Below, one piece after another: positions 45,966 to 55,358 of a stretch of 64,000 nt of DNA (within the stretch, counting starts at the first letter, position 1; every line of letters starts with the position of its first letter). The position numbers were made by a program, and so were the translations under genes. The notes under the pieces were generated by a model. It had not been told where the DNA came from. It made no database searches and saw only the letters and a program-made list of their open reading frames with translations. The stretch is from an uncultured Candidatus Saccharibacteria bacterium (GTDB lineage Bacteria; Patescibacteriota; Doudnabacteria; UBA920): NCBI GenBank assembly GCA_964612745.1, contig CAZTCH010000007.1, positions 1,327-65,326 of the forward strand, in the 5' to 3' direction.

Positions 45966-48431
45966 CTATATTATTGTAGCGCTGGCAACTGAGTCATTTG
46001 CATCTAGTTTCATCACTCGTACGCCTTGCGTGGCTCTACCAAGGGTGGAGATGGCGTTCAGTGGTGTGCGAATGGTTTGCCCTTGGCGGGAGATGATCAC
46101 TAAGTCATGCTCTTCTTTTGTACTCAAGATATACATAGCCATGATTTTTCCGGTCTTTGGGGTAATCTTCACTGTTTTGATTCCACTGCCTGCTCGCTTT
46201 TGAATCTTGTAGTCTTTGAGCGGGCTCTTTTTACCCATACCGTTTTCGGTAATAACTAAGACTTCAAGGTCTTTGACTTCAACGTCTTTGCGGATGATGT
46301 CCATGGAGATAATGTCGTCATCCTTTTTTATACGCATACCGGTGACCCCTGCAGCGGTGCGTCCCATTGGGCGAACATCTTTTTCGTTAAAGCGAATTGC
46401 TTGGCCATTTTCTGTGGAAAGCATGACCTCATCTGCGCCACTGGTGGTTTCTACCCATTTGAGTTCATCGCCATCTTTGATGCCGATAGCAATCATGCCG
46501 CTGCGCCTTACTTTGGCAAATTCTTCTCGGGCTACTTTTTTAATGAGCCCTTTCTTTGTTGCCATGACCAAGAATTTTACGGTGTCTTTCTTGGAGAAGG
46601 TGAGAATGGCCGTGGTGGTTTCACCTTGGCCGAGTTGTAGGAAGTTTACGAGTGCTTGACCCTTACTTGTTCTAGAGCCTTCGGGGAGTTCGTAGACTTT
46701 TGTTTGGAAGACGCGACCCTTGTTGGTAAAGAATAAGATATCATCGTGCGTATTTGCACTAATCATTTTCTCTACAACATCTTCTTCTTTCAGGGATTGT
46801 CCGATAACTCCTTTACCACCACGAGACTGTTGTTTGTAGGTGTCGGGGAGGAGGCGTTTTACGTAACCAGATTTTGTTACGGTCACAATCATCTGGTTTT
46901 CCGGTATAAGGTCTTCTGCAACAAAGGTGCCTACAGCGGAAGGGACGATTTGAGTTCTGCGCTCGTCTCCGTACTTGTCACGCATTTCCTCTGTTTCTGT
47001 TCTAACGATCCCCAGAATCTTTTTTGGATGAGCTAGTAAATCTTCCAGTCTTGCTATGAGTTTGAGCTTTTCTTCCAGTTCGTCTTCTATTTTCTTTCGC
47101 TCTAATCCAGCTAAGGTTTGCAAACGCATTTCTAAAATTGCAGTTGTTTGCAAATCAGAAAGCTTGAACTTCTTCATTAAGGCTGCGTGCGCATCTTCTT
47201 TAGTTGGGCTTTTCTTAATCACAGCGATTATTTCGTCGATGTGGTCAAGCGCTATTTTCAACCCTTCTAAAATGTGCGCTCGTTCTTTGGCTTTCTTGAG
47301 TTCGTATTCGGTGCGCCTGCGTACGACAATCTGCCGGTGAGTAATAAACTCCTCGAGCATGGATTTTAGGTTGAGCAGGTTTGGCTCGAGTCCGCCAACA
47401 AGCGAGATGGTGTTTAGATGGAATGTATCTTGGAGTTGGGTAAAGCTGTAGAGTTGGTTTAAGATCTTGTTCGGTAGGGATTCGCGCTTGAGATCTACGA
47501 CAATACGGACTTTGTCGGAGGATTCATCACGGACATCTTTAATACCTTCGAGGCGTTTGTCGCGCACAAGGTCTGCAATCTTTTCGAGCAGCGTCGCTTT
47601 GTTTACGCGGTAAGGGATTTCGGTAATGATGATGCGGAACGCGCCACTTTTCGTTTCTTCTATTTCTGCTTTGCCTCGGACCACGATACCACCACGTCCA
47701 GTAGCGTAGGCGTTCTTAATAGCGGTGCGGTCGTAGATAATGCCACCAGTAGGGAAGTCTGGGCCTTTGATGATATCAGTGAGCTCTTCTATGGTGGTGT
47801 CAGGGTGATCAATAAGTTGGATTACACCATTGGTTACTTCGGTCAGGTTGTGAGGCGGTATATCTGTTGCCATACCAACCGCAATACCAAGAGTGCCATT
47901 GAGGAGCAGTTGTGGCAGTTTCCCTGGGAGTACTGTTGGTTCTTTTTCGGTCGCGTCGAAGTTATCTCGCCAGTCCACTGTTTCTTTTTCTATGTCTACC
48001 AGTAACTCTTCTGCGATTGCCGTCATTTTTGCTTCGGTGTATCGGTATGCAGCAGCACCGTCGCCATCCATGGAACCAAAGTTACCTTGCCCTTTCACGA
48101 GAGGATAGCGCATGGCAAAATCTTGTGCCATGTGTACCATGGCGTCGTATACGGCGGAGTCACCGTGAGGGTGGTATTTACCCAAAACTTCTCCAACAAT
48201 TTTTGCTGATTTGGTTGTTTTTGCAGAAGCTCTGAGTCCCATTTTTTGCAGGGCGTAGAGTATGCGTCTGTTTACTGGCTTTAAGCCATCTCGTACGTCA
48301 GGTAATGCACGCATGACAATAACAGACATGGCATAGTCAAGGTAAGAGCCTTGCATTTCTGCTTCAATGGTCCGTGGTCTGATTATGCCTACGTTGTCAC
48401 TCAGTGGTTTGTCGGAATCAATGTTTGCCAT
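45966..48431 (-). CDS. gyrA: DNA gyrase subunit A
   Basis: 821 aa. The active-site region is AAMRYTEA-like ([13 protein letters not shown]...[11 protein letters not shown]), and C-terminal beta-pinwheel repeats are present. Confidence 0.95.
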   Translation of the reverse strand: MANIDSDKPLSDNVGIIRPRTIEAEMQGSYLDYAMSVIVMRALPDVRDGLKPVNRRILYALQKMGLRASAKTTKSAKIVGEVLGKYHPHGDSAVYDAMVHMAQDFAMRYPLVKGQGNFGSMDGDGAAAYRYTEAKMTAIAEELLVDIEKETVDWRDNFDATEKEPTVLPGKLPQLLLNGTLGIAVGMATDIPPHNLTEVTNGVIQLIDHPDTTIEELTDIIKGPDFPTGGIIYDRTAIKNAYATGRGGIVVRGKAEIEETKSGAFRIIITEIPYRVNKATLLEKIADLVRDKRLEGIKDVRDESSDKVRIVVDLKRESLPNKILNQLYSFTQLQDTFHLNTISLVGGLEPNLLNLKSMLEEFITHRQIVVRRRTEYELKKAKERAHILEGLKIALDHIDEIIAVIKKSPTKEDAHAALMKKFKLSDLQTTAILEMRLQTLAGLERKKIEDELEEKLKLIARLEDLLAHPKKILGIVRTETEEMRDKYGDERRTQIVPSAVGTFVAEDLIPENQMIVTVTKSGYVKRLLPDTYKQQSRGGKGVIGQSLKEEDVVEKMISANTHDDILFFTNKGRVFQTKVYELPEGSRTSKGQALVNFLQLGQGETTTAILTFSKKDTVKFLVMATKKGLIKKVAREEFAKVRRSGMIAIGIKDGDELKWVETTSGADEVMLSTENGQAIRFNEKDVRPMGRTAAGVTGMRIKKDDDIISMDIIRKDVEVKDLEVLVITENGMGKKSPLKDYKIQKRAGSGIKTVKITPKTGKIMAMYILSTKEEHDLVIISRQGQTIRTPLNAISTLGRATQGVRVMKLDANDSVASATII

Positions 48432-48460
48432 ACATTCTATTGTTTCTGTCTAAAGGAAGA

Positions 48461-48658
48461 TTATCTTGGAAAATCTGCTTTTGCTTTATTTATTTTATCT
48501 TTAATGTCGGTAAAGAAAGCGGCGGGTCGTTTTGGGTGTCTGGGGATTTGACTCGTTACTATCCATAAGAGCGATAGTATTACCAGCGCACCGATGATAA
48601 TTGCCCAGAGTAAGCGTTGGCGTTTATGCTCGGGCATTCGCTGTACATTTTCTAACAT
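48461..48658 (-). CDS. Small single-TM membrane protein
   Basis: 65 aa with a central hydrophobic helix. It lies between the MBL-hydrolase gene and gyrA on the same strand. Confidence 0.4.
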   Translation of the reverse strand: MLENVQRMPEHKRQRLLWAIIIGALVILSLLWIVTSQIPRHPKRPAAFFTDIKDKINKAKADFPR

Positions 48659-48684
48659 GGTTTTTGTATTGGAGCGTGTGTTTC

Positions 48685-49308
48685 TTACGCGCTAATAATA
48701 ATTACTTTTGCTGTTTCGATGTTGGCCAAATCTTTCTTCTTGAGCACTAGCTTTTCTACAGTTTCTGCTTTACCACCCATTTCTTTTACAAAGCGCTCTA
48801 GTGGTTCTAGCTGCAATGTCACTCCTTCTTGCTGGTAGTGGCTTGGTATAACGATTTTAGGGTCAATCTGGTTTACGAGCTTTGCTGCGGTGGTCGCTGC
48901 GAGTACTCTTTCCCCACCAACAGGGAGTATGAGAACATCGATTTCTCCGAGTGCTTCGAGCTCATCTTCCTTCATGGTGAAGTCCTTGATGTGTGTAAGG
49001 TTTAAAATTTTTAAATCTTCACTTTCAATTAGGTATACAGTCACAAAGCCACCATCTTGTTTTATAGGGATACCGGTTACGGTAACACCTTTGATGTCGT
49101 ACTCTCCAGGGTTTGGAATGATGAATGGTTCACCAGAGAGTGATTGGTATGCGTTGTACAGCTTGTTCTGTTCGTCGGCAAGGATAACGATGTCGGCGTT
49201 GCCTCGTGGAGGAGTGAGTCCAGAATCTTTTCCGGTTGGGTCAGTAACTACTACTGCATCCTTTGTTGTGAATTTAAAGCTAGATAAGCCTAAGTATTGG
49301 ATATGCAT
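48685..49308 (-). CDS. Metallo-beta-lactamase-fold metal-dependent hydrolase (UPF0173-like)
   Basis: MHIQYLGLSSFKFTTKDAVVVTDP...ILADEQ follows the pattern of the small MBL-fold hydrolases. 207 aa. Confidence 0.65.
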   Translation of the reverse strand: MHIQYLGLSSFKFTTKDAVVVTDPTGKDSGLTPPRGNADIVILADEQNKLYNAYQSLSGEPFIIPNPGEYDIKGVTVTGIPIKQDGGFVTVYLIESEDLKILNLTHIKDFTMKEDELEALGEIDVLILPVGGERVLAATTAAKLVNQIDPKIVIPSHYQQEGVTLQLEPLERFVKEMGGKAETVEKLVLKKKDLANIETAKVIIISA

Positions 49309-49721
49309 ATGTTGTGTAACAAAATTCTCATTATGTAGTACAGGACTGGTATGTGTACCAGTGGGTTGGCAGTAGAAAGTAGACTCTTTCTAGAGAAAAT
49401 GGCTGTGTGTATAGCTCTGTGGCACAGTCCAAATATGGGTTAATTTTAGCATTTTTTGACCCCTTTCGTAAAACTAATGGGGCTTGCTTTTTTCGTTGGA
49501 TTTGCCTATAATATTGGAACTTACATGGTTTGGTGCTCGCTACTGCCACTTTGAAATAAGGGGCAAAAACTTAATTTTTAATCCCTGTGTAAGTGTTCTC
49601 AGTAGCACCAAAAGAATATTAACCAACTATGAAACACACTTTGTAACTCTCCAGGCAGTTTGTGCGTGGTTTTTTATTTGCCAACGCAGGAGTAAACAAG
49701 TGTATTTTGTAGAATAAATTT

Positions 49722-50996
49722 ATGTCAGACGAACCAGTACAAGCAGTTAATACTGCACAACAAAATATTGACGAAGTAAAAGCAAACAAGGCCCAGAGTA
49801 TGGAAGACTTGCTTTCCACCGGAGCTGAAATCCGCGTGTTGAAAGTTGGCGATATGGTAGAGGGCACATTGCTTTCTGTTGGTAAAAATGAAGTTTACAT
49901 TGACATCGAAGGTATTGGCATTGGCGTTGTCCGTGGTCGTGAATTGTACGATGACCAAGCAACCCTCGCTTCTTTGAAGGTAGGGGATACCATTTTGGCA
50001 TCTGTTGTTGAATCGGAAAACAAAGATGGCAACATCGAGCTTTCCCTCAGACAAGCAGGGCACGAACGAGTATGGCAAGCACTCAAGGCTAAGATGGAAA
50101 GCGCAGAAATTGTGAGCACGAAGATTCTTGGTGCAAACAAAGGTGGTCTTATGGTAGAAATCAATGGCGTACTCGGGTTCTTGCCTGTGTCCCAGTTGAA
50201 CTTAGAACACTACCCACGCGTAGAAGATGGTGACAAACAGAAGATTCTTTCCGCTTTACAAAGCTATGTTGGTCAATTGTTTGCAGTGCAAATCATTACT
50301 GCTGATCCAGAAGAAGAGAAGTTGATTGTGAGCGAAAAAGCTGTGTTTGAAAAAGAAACAGAAGGTCGCTTGGCTCAACTCAAGATGAACGACGTTATTA
50401 CCGGTATGGTAACTGGTGTTGTTGACTTCGGTATCTTTGTGAAGTTTGGTGATTTGGAAGGGTTGGCACATATCTCTGAGCTTGCTTGGCAGCGCGTAGA
50501 AAATCCAAAGGATTTGTTCCGTGTCGGTCAGGAAGTGCAAGCAAAGATTATTGCTATAGACAAAGGACGTGTTTCTTTGTCCATCAAGCAATTGCAGCCA
50601 GATCCATGGCTCGAAGCTGTGAAGCAGTACAAGATAGGGCAAGTTGTAGAGGGTAAGGTCACAAAAATCATGCCATTTGGTGTGTTTGTAGAACTCTCTC
50701 CACAAATCCAAGGTTTGGCTCATTTGGCAGAATTGTCACATGACGCAATCAAGGACCCAGAATCTGTACTTAAGGTTGGTGAAATGAAGGCTTTCAAGAT
50801 TATCTCTATTGAGCCAGCAGATCACCGCTTAGGTCTTTCTTTGAAGGCTATGGAAGAAAAGCCAGCAAAGGCAGAAGTAAAAGCAGAAGAAGTCTCCTCC
50901 TCCGCTTCCGACGCTGCTGAAGCTATGTCGGACGAGAAAGCTACGGCGGACCTTCGGGAGGAAAAGACTGAAGAGTCTGCTCCTATCGCTGAATAA
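49722..50996 (+). CDS. rpsA: 30S ribosomal protein S1 (four S1 domains)
   Basis: Repeated S1 OB-fold segments (GDMVEGTLLSVGKNEVYIDIEG, VITGMVTGVVDFGIFVKF, VVEGKVTKIMPFGVFVEL). A terminator follows at 51005-51033. Confidence 0.85.
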   Translation: MSDEPVQAVNTAQQNIDEVKANKAQSMEDLLSTGAEIRVLKVGDMVEGTLLSVGKNEVYIDIEGIGIGVVRGRELYDDQATLASLKVGDTILASVVESENKDGNIELSLRQAGHERVWQALKAKMESAEIVSTKILGANKGGLMVEINGVLGFLPVSQLNLEHYPRVEDGDKQKILSALQSYVGQLFAVQIITADPEEEKLIVSEKAVFEKETEGRLAQLKMNDVITGMVTGVVDFGIFVKFGDLEGLAHISELAWQRVENPKDLFRVGQEVQAKIIAIDKGRVSLSIKQLQPDPWLEAVKQYKIGQVVEGKVTKIMPFGVFVELSPQIQGLAHLAELSHDAIKDPESVLKVGEMKAFKIISIEPADHRLGLSLKAMEEKPAKAEVKAEEVSSSASDAAEAMSDEKATADLREEKTEESAPIAE

Positions 50997-51004
50997 ATCA
51001 GACT

Positions 51005-51033
51005 AAAAAAGAGCCAACATGGCTCTTTTTTAG
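51005..51033 (+). terminator. Rho-independent terminator (aaaaaagagccaacatggctcttttttag)
   Basis: Hairpin plus a T-run located 9 nt after the rpsA stop. Confidence 0.75.
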
Positions 51034-51040
51034 CGAAAAA

Positions 51041-51077
51041 ATAAAGAGCCGGGCTAGTTGGATAATATCCTTCTAGT
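51041..51077 (-). terminator. Terminator-like hairpin (gagccgggctag...ctagtccggctc) followed on the minus strand by a U-run, downstream of the GC-rich LysM gene
   Basis: A 12-bp stem with one mismatch. The minus strand then reads tttattttttcg. Confidence 0.6.
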
Positions 51078-51109
51078 CCGGCTCTGAGTCGTTTCGCGTG
51101 AAGCAGTCT

Positions 51110-52276
51110 TTATGCAGCGGCGGATGCCGCTGCTGTGTCAGGTGGTGAGGGAGGTAGTTCCGCCACCGGTTTTGCTTCGAGCAGAATGCGTTCTGCTGGC
51201 TTTGGCGCGTCCGGGAGGACAAGCACTCCCGGCGTGACCGTCACCCGGAAGTCCCCGCGGGTAAAGACAATCCCGTCCGCGCTCCGGTTAATAGCCACAT
51301 CTTGCCCCATGTTATCAACACGCAACATTTTAGTGCCGGTTTGCACCGTTGCTGAATTTGCGTCGAAGTGGACGGTTAATCGGCTGGGGTGGTCGTCGGT
51401 CGCTGCCTGTGTGATGGCCGGGGTTTCTGCCTGAATGGTGGGCGGTAGTGCGGTGCGGTGGGTTGGTGCATCGTCTTTGGTCCAGCTCACAGGCAACTCA
51501 ACGGCTGCACCGACGCGATTCGGGGTAAAGACAAAGTCTTGCCCCGGAACTACGTCTGGTCTACCGTAGCGAACTGGGTTAGCGCATCCTTGAAGCGAGT
51601 AGGCCCGTTGTTCACCCTCGTGACCGTCAGCCGTATAAACACATTCGAAGCATGCGCGCTCACGGAGATATTGCGGCCGGTCATGGTCCGCATATCCCAC
51701 GTTCGCCCAGCCTGTCGCCGTGCCAGCACTGATACTCATCACCTGTATACCGTTAACCGGCAGGCCGAAGTCATGTGCGGCTTGCGCCCGCATGACCTCT
51801 GGAGCGGTGTCGTTGTTAATACCGCCACGGATAACCGCGGGGCCCGCCTGTTCGGGACGAAGCCATTTACGGTGCGCTAAGTAGCCCAGCAGGCCGATCA
51901 ATATTAATATCCCGAACAATACCCGCAGCCAGGTGTAGCTTTCGGTGGGTGGAGGTGGGGGCGGCGGTGCGATGCCGAGTTGGGCGAGGTTCGCGACCTG
52001 CGGCAGAATGCCTGCTGCTTCAAGACCAGCGAGTTGTTCGCCGGGTTTGATCAGCACGACCGTTTTGCCGTCGCTCGCCTTGAACACTCGGCCCGCCTCT
52101 TGCAGGAATGGGTTTGCGGCGACAACCTTTTGCCATTGTGTGGGGTTGTCCAGCTTCACGCCGGACAATTCCCATACGGTGTCATTGGGTTGGACTGTGT
52201 AGAGCGGTTGCGGGTTTTGCGCGAAGACTGCGAAAGTCAGCGCGCAGAGAATTGCGATTGTGAAAGTTTGCTTCAC
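51110..52276 (-). CDS. LysM-domain membrane protein with a poly-Pro linker; the gene is strongly GC-rich
   Basis: It has a signal peptide. YTVQPNDTVWELSG...W.KVVAANP is LysM-like, PPPPPPP follows, then the TM helix LRVLFGILILIGLLGYLA, then a Cys-containing domain. By eye the gene is about 60% GC, against about 42% in the flanks. Confidence 0.7.
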   Translation of the reverse strand: MKQTFTIAILCALTFAVFAQNPQPLYTVQPNDTVWELSGVKLDNPTQWQKVVAANPFLQEAGRVFKASDGKTVVLIKPGEQLAGLEAAGILPQVANLAQLGIAPPPPPPPTESYTWLRVLFGILILIGLLGYLAHRKWLRPEQAGPAVIRGGINNDTAPEVMRAQAAHDFGLPVNGIQVMSISAGTATGWANVGYADHDRPQYLRERACFECVYTADGHEGEQRAYSLQGCANPVRYGRPDVVPGQDFVFTPNRVGAAVELPVSWTKDDAPTHRTALPPTIQAETPAITQAATDDHPSRLTVHFDANSATVQTGTKMLRVDNMGQDVAINRSADGIVFTRGDFRVTVTPGVLVLPDAPKPAERILLEAKPVAELPPSPPDTAAASAAA

Positions 52277-52643
52277 GATTTGCCTCCTTTAAAGCAATGT
52301 GAAAGAGTTGGTTACGCTCTCAGGTACCGCCTCCGTAAATTGAGGCACTGAAAGCACTTGAAATTCGGCCGTGCGAGTCAGATTACCCGCTGCCGAGTAT
52401 GGGGTGAATTCCGCATGGAACCCACAGTTATAGGGCAAATAAGATTTGCCATACTTATTGGGTTTCACTAGTGATAATTCAGAGTATAATATATTTGACT
52501 GTATGTCAATAATATTGCATAGTAATTTTACTTTACCGCATAAACATGGTAACTATTGTGAATTTAGGTTTTTGGACGTAATATTTGCTCTGTTAAGGCA
52601 GTGTTTGATAATATTTACAGTATAGATTGTTACCACCAATTGT

Positions 52644-53360
52644 ATGGGGATTAAATACAAGGTCAATGCTAATTTTTTTGAGAAGTGGACTCCTGAAATG
52701 GCCTATCTTCTAGGATATCTGTACGCCGATGGTAGCTTGGAGGATGCTTCTTACTTACGCGGTAAGTATCTGAGGTTGACTAGTACTGATTTTGAATTGG
52801 TGGACTTCACGAAAAAGGTTCTGGGTTCAGAGCATACTATTGTTACTATCCCTCCGAAGTCTAAGTTAGAAAAGACCAGATATTTTTTGCGGATTGGCAA
52901 CCATAAAATATTTGATGACCTGATTGGTTTGGGTCTGCATCCTAAGAAATCATTGACGATGAAATTCCCTCAAGTCCCTCAACGGTTTTTATCACATTTC
53001 GTTCGTGGTTATTTTGATGGAGATGGACATGTCGGGATAGTGAAAAGCGGGAATTCATTCAGGCGGGTGACTATAGTTTTTGTAAGTGGTAGTTTAGATT
53101 TTCTGATAGGTGTTGCAAATTGTTTGGAACAGAATTTGGGGTTACGGATAAATAAAGTTTACAAACGTCCTGGTGTATACCGTTTGGCCTATTCCACGCA
53201 TGACAGTATCAAGGTATTTAAATACATGTACGCGGATGCAAATGGTGTATTTTTAAGAAGAAAATTTGGGGTGTTCAAAAAGTTTTTTAATGATTATAAT
53301 AAGTGGGTAGATTCAGAAATCCAGGGGATTTTAAGCGTAAATGGTCGTGTGGTGAAGTAG
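52644..53360 (+). CDS. LAGLIDADG homing endonuclease, double-motif single-chain type, free-standing
   Basis: The two motifs are LLGYLYADGSL (aa 22-32) and VRGYFDGDGHV (aa about 121-131). 238 aa. The stop codon TAG at 53358-53360 lies inside the first 18 nt of the predicted tRNA-Cys. Confidence 0.85.
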   Translation: MGIKYKVNANFFEKWTPEMAYLLGYLYADGSLEDASYLRGKYLRLTSTDFELVDFTKKVLGSEHTIVTIPPKSKLEKTRYFLRIGNHKIFDDLIGLGLHPKKSLTMKFPQVPQRFLSHFVRGYFDGDGHVGIVKSGNSFRRVTIVFVSGSLDFLIGVANCLEQNLGLRINKVYKRPGVYRLAYSTHDSIKVFKYMYADANGVFLRRKFGVFKKFFNDYNKWVDSEIQGILSVNGRVVK

Positions 53361-53419
53361 TCTAACACGGCGGTCTGCAAAACCGCTATTCATGGGTGCG
53401 AATCCCATCACGACCTCCA
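53343..53419 (+). tRNA. tRNA-Cys (anticodon GCA), non-canonical (3-bp D-stem, G at T-loop position 55)
   Basis: The acceptor is GGUCGUG/CACGACC with discriminator U and CCA. The anticodon stem GCGGU/ACCGC carries the loop CUGCAAA. The T-arm is AUGGG-UGCGAAU-CCCAU. The deviations from consensus lower confidence. Confidence 0.55.
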
Positions 53420-53424
53420 TTGTA

Positions 53425-53509
53425 GCCCGAGTGGTGGAACTGGTATACACGCGACACTTAAAATGTTGTGCCGAAAGGATTGAGGGTTCGAGTCCCTCCT
53501 CGGGCACCA
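53425..53509 (+). tRNA. tRNA-Leu (anticodon UAA), long variable arm
   Basis: The acceptor is GCCCGAG/CUCGGGC plus A-CCA. The anticodon stem CGACA/UGUUG carries the loop CUUAAAA. The variable arm is UGCCGAAAGGAUU and the T-arm is GAGGG-UUCGAGU-CCCUC. It is contiguous, with no intron. Confidence 0.85.
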
Positions 53510-53512
53510 CAT

Positions 53513-53542
53513 AAAAAACACCGACATAAGCCGGTGTTTTTA
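53513..53542 (+). terminator. Rho-independent terminator (aaaaaacaccg-acataag-ccggtgtttttatg)
   Basis: Hairpin plus a T-run directly after tRNA-Leu. Confidence 0.7.
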
Positions 53543-53564
53543 TGTGCTCCTCATTGTTTGCATA

Positions 53565-53590
53565 CAAAACAAAACCCCCTCAAGGGAGGG
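53565..53590 (-). terminator. Terminator (ccccctc-aag-ggaggggg plus a U-run on the minus strand) for the 53599..54234 gene
   Basis: The minus strand reads accccctcccttgagggggttttgtttt. Confidence 0.65.
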
Positions 53591-53598
53591 GGTAAAAT

Positions 53599-54234
53599 TT
53601 ATTTTGCTAAAGCCAACTCTTGGTGAGCAGGTTTAATTGCGTATTTCTGGTTAACAGTTTCTTGTATAGCTGCCATTTCACGTTCTACTTTTTCACAACC
53701 ACGTAGCCAGTTAGCTGACCCTGGTACAACGTACACACCCATCTTTTTCTTACAGGTATTGTACTTATTTTTGTACAATGGTTTGTCGAGTAGTTTGGTT
53801 ACGGCTTGAAAGCCTTGAAAATGGTTTTCAAACTTTCTCCATTGTGAATGCCCAGGCTTTACACCAACGCTACCACAGTTAAGGTTTGCAGCGCGAGCAC
53901 AAAAGTTGCTTTCCACAAAGGTAATACCGAGTGCTTGTTCCCAATTTGGCTCCAGAATAATCTGGTCTGCGTATGGGGCAAGTGGAGACTTTTTGGACTC
54001 CAAGTATTTTTGCACAGCTTCTGCGAGTTCCGCATTAGCCAAATCTTGCACATTAAGGCTCTGTTTCTGAGTGATTAAGCTTAGTGCACTTGGTTTCATC
54101 TCAAACACAAGGCTCTGAGTGTTCTCGTTTATAGTCTGTGCGGCACCACTATGTGGGTAGACTAAGCTTACTAATGTAATGAGTAATCCTACGGCTGATA
54201 ATTGAATATTTGTATAAGTAAGGGGAGCTTTCAT
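53599..54234 (-). CDS. Secreted hypothetical protein (signal peptide; possibly a cell-wall hydrolase-like fold)
   Basis: The N-terminal hydrophobic segment is LLITLVSLVYPHSGAAQ. ALGITFVESNFCARAANLNCGSVGV weakly resembles a lytic-transglycosylase (SLT) motif. 211 aa. Confidence 0.5.
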   Translation of the reverse strand: MKAPLTYTNIQLSAVGLLITLVSLVYPHSGAAQTINENTQSLVFEMKPSALSLITQKQSLNVQDLANAELAEAVQKYLESKKSPLAPYADQIILEPNWEQALGITFVESNFCARAANLNCGSVGVKPGHSQWRKFENHFQGFQAVTKLLDKPLYKNKYNTCKKKMGVYVVPGSANWLRGCEKVEREMAAIQETVNQKYAIKPAHQELALAK

Positions 54235-54578
54235 TGTTCAAACTCCTTTCTACAATCGATCGCGTTTGTCTGAAAACAGATGTGGGCGATTCGAGAATTA
54301 TAAGGTCTGGCAACTGTCACAACATATAGAACTTGCCAAACAAAAAAGCGCCACAAGGCACTTCTTATGGACCTAGTATGCCAAATATGGGCCGATTAGT
54401 CAATACTTAAAAGTTAAAATAAGCTTTATTTAAGAGGATATTTGTTTTTTACCTCTCAGAATAGGCGTAAATACCCTGTCAATACCACACTCTATTTGAC
54501 TTTTCATATCTATTTGGCACTGATATGCAGGGTTTTAAAATTTAGCTTTAATTGTAAGGGTTTTATTGGTGGCGTGGG

Positions 54579-54632
54579 TAACCCTGACACGAAACAGTCG
54601 GGATGTCGAAGACTCCAGGGGAACCCAACTTC
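54579..54632 (-). repeat. Copy 1 of an approximately 50-nt direct repeat (minus-strand sense ...UUCCCCUGGAGUCUUCGACAUCCCGACUGUUUCGUGUCAGGGUUACCCACGCCACCA)
   Basis: The plus strand gggtaaccctgacacgaaacagtcgggatgtcgaagactccaggggaa is 44/50 identical to copy 2 at 55243. Three substitutions keep a 6-bp stem pairing (CCUGAC/GUCGGG vs CCCGAC/GUCGGG, one pair via G-U wobble). It ends with a tRNA-3'-end-like ACCCACGCCACCA. Confidence 0.6.
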
Positions 54633-54694
54633 GCCAAGGCTACGTCGGGCTCAGTCGAACCCAAAAGTTCCTTCATTCATTCTTTCTCTTTCAA

Positions 54695-54728
54695 AAACAA
54701 AAGACACCCACTAAAGTGAGTGTCTTTT
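54695..54728 (-). terminator. Rho-independent terminator of the ParB-like gene (minus strand aaaagacactcac-ttta-gtgggtgtcttttgtttttg)
   Basis: A 12-bp stem with one mismatch, followed by a U-run. Confidence 0.65.
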
Positions 54729-54762
54729 GTTTGGAGCTCCATAATACGAGATGTCAGAACTG

Positions 54763-55182
54763 CTATCTGTGCAATAGATCATAGATAACTCTATCTTCAG
54801 TGTAGATAATATTGATAAATGGGGGTTTGAACTTTTTTAATGCTTCGAACGTATGATTACCATCGAGTAAGTAATAATTGCTATCAAATTTCTCACACAG
54901 TAAAACTATTTGTTCAGCCATAAATTCTTCAATGATGATTTTATCAGTAGTATCTTGAAATTTCACTACTGATTCATGATTGAGCATTTCTGGCTCAGGA
55001 CCTACGGTTCGTATAATCAATTCTGGGTTAACTTTTTCTGGACCTTTTATATTATCTTTTCGGCTTTGAATATACTTTAAAAGATTCGTATTATTAGCTT
55101 CTAAATGTTTAAAAGTATCAACTAACCATTGAGAGTAGTTTCCAACATTTTTAGCTTCCTCAATTTGTTTAACTGTTAACAT
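54763..55182 (-). CDS. ParB-like nuclease domain protein (ParB/Srx superfamily), small and stand-alone
   Basis: YYLLDGNHTFEALKK matches the ParB/sulfiredoxin DGHHR-type motif, with DGNH in place of DGHH. 139 aa. Flanked by the approximately 50-nt direct repeats. Confidence 0.6.
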   Translation of the reverse strand: MLTVKQIEEAKNVGNYSQWLVDTFKHLEANNTNLLKYIQSRKDNIKGPEKVNPELIIRTVGPEPEMLNHESVVKFQDTTDKIIIEEFMAEQIVLLCEKFDSNYYLLDGNHTFEALKKFKPPFINIIYTEDRVIYDLLHR

Positions 55183-55242
55183 GATTTCAGTATAACAAAA
55201 AATTCCCTTTAGGGAGAGTTTAATGCTGGAGCGGGTAACCCC

Positions 55243-55296
55243 GACGCGAAACGGTCGGGATGTCGGGGACTCCAGGGGAAGACCGCACTACATCTC
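55243..55296 (-). repeat. Copy 2 of the approximately 50-nt direct repeat; its minus-strand 3' end ...GGGGUUACCCGCUCCA equals the last 12 nt of tRNA-Gly(GCC)
   Basis: The plus strand reads tggagcgggtaaccccgacgcgaaacggtcgggatgtcggggactccaggggaa. Confidence 0.6.
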
Positions 55297-55305
55297 ATAA
55301 ACATA

Positions 55306-55345
55306 TAGACCTCACCGTAAAGGTGAGGTCTATATGTTTGGAGCG
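55306..55345. terminator. Perfect 17-bp hairpin (aacatatagacctcacc-gtaaa-ggtgaggtctatatgtt)
   Basis: Seen directly. It lies immediately 3' (minus sense) of the tRNA-Gly 3' fragment. Confidence 0.5.
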
Positions 55346-55358
55346 GGTAAGGGGAATC

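Noticed and set aside
51110-52276. The GC-rich gene as part of a prophage or integrative element
   Set aside because: It is a single gene with no integrase, no flanking direct repeats and no tRNA junction. Only the compositional anomaly is supported.
52277-53360. Group I intron enclosing the LAGLIDADG ORF
   Set aside because: Both downstream tRNAs are contiguous. I found no recognisable P3/P7 core elements upstream. The ORF is followed immediately by a complete tRNA rather than by intron 3' sequence.
53331-53567. 78-aa minus-strand ORF
   Set aside because: It is antisense to tRNA-Cys and tRNA-Leu(UAA).
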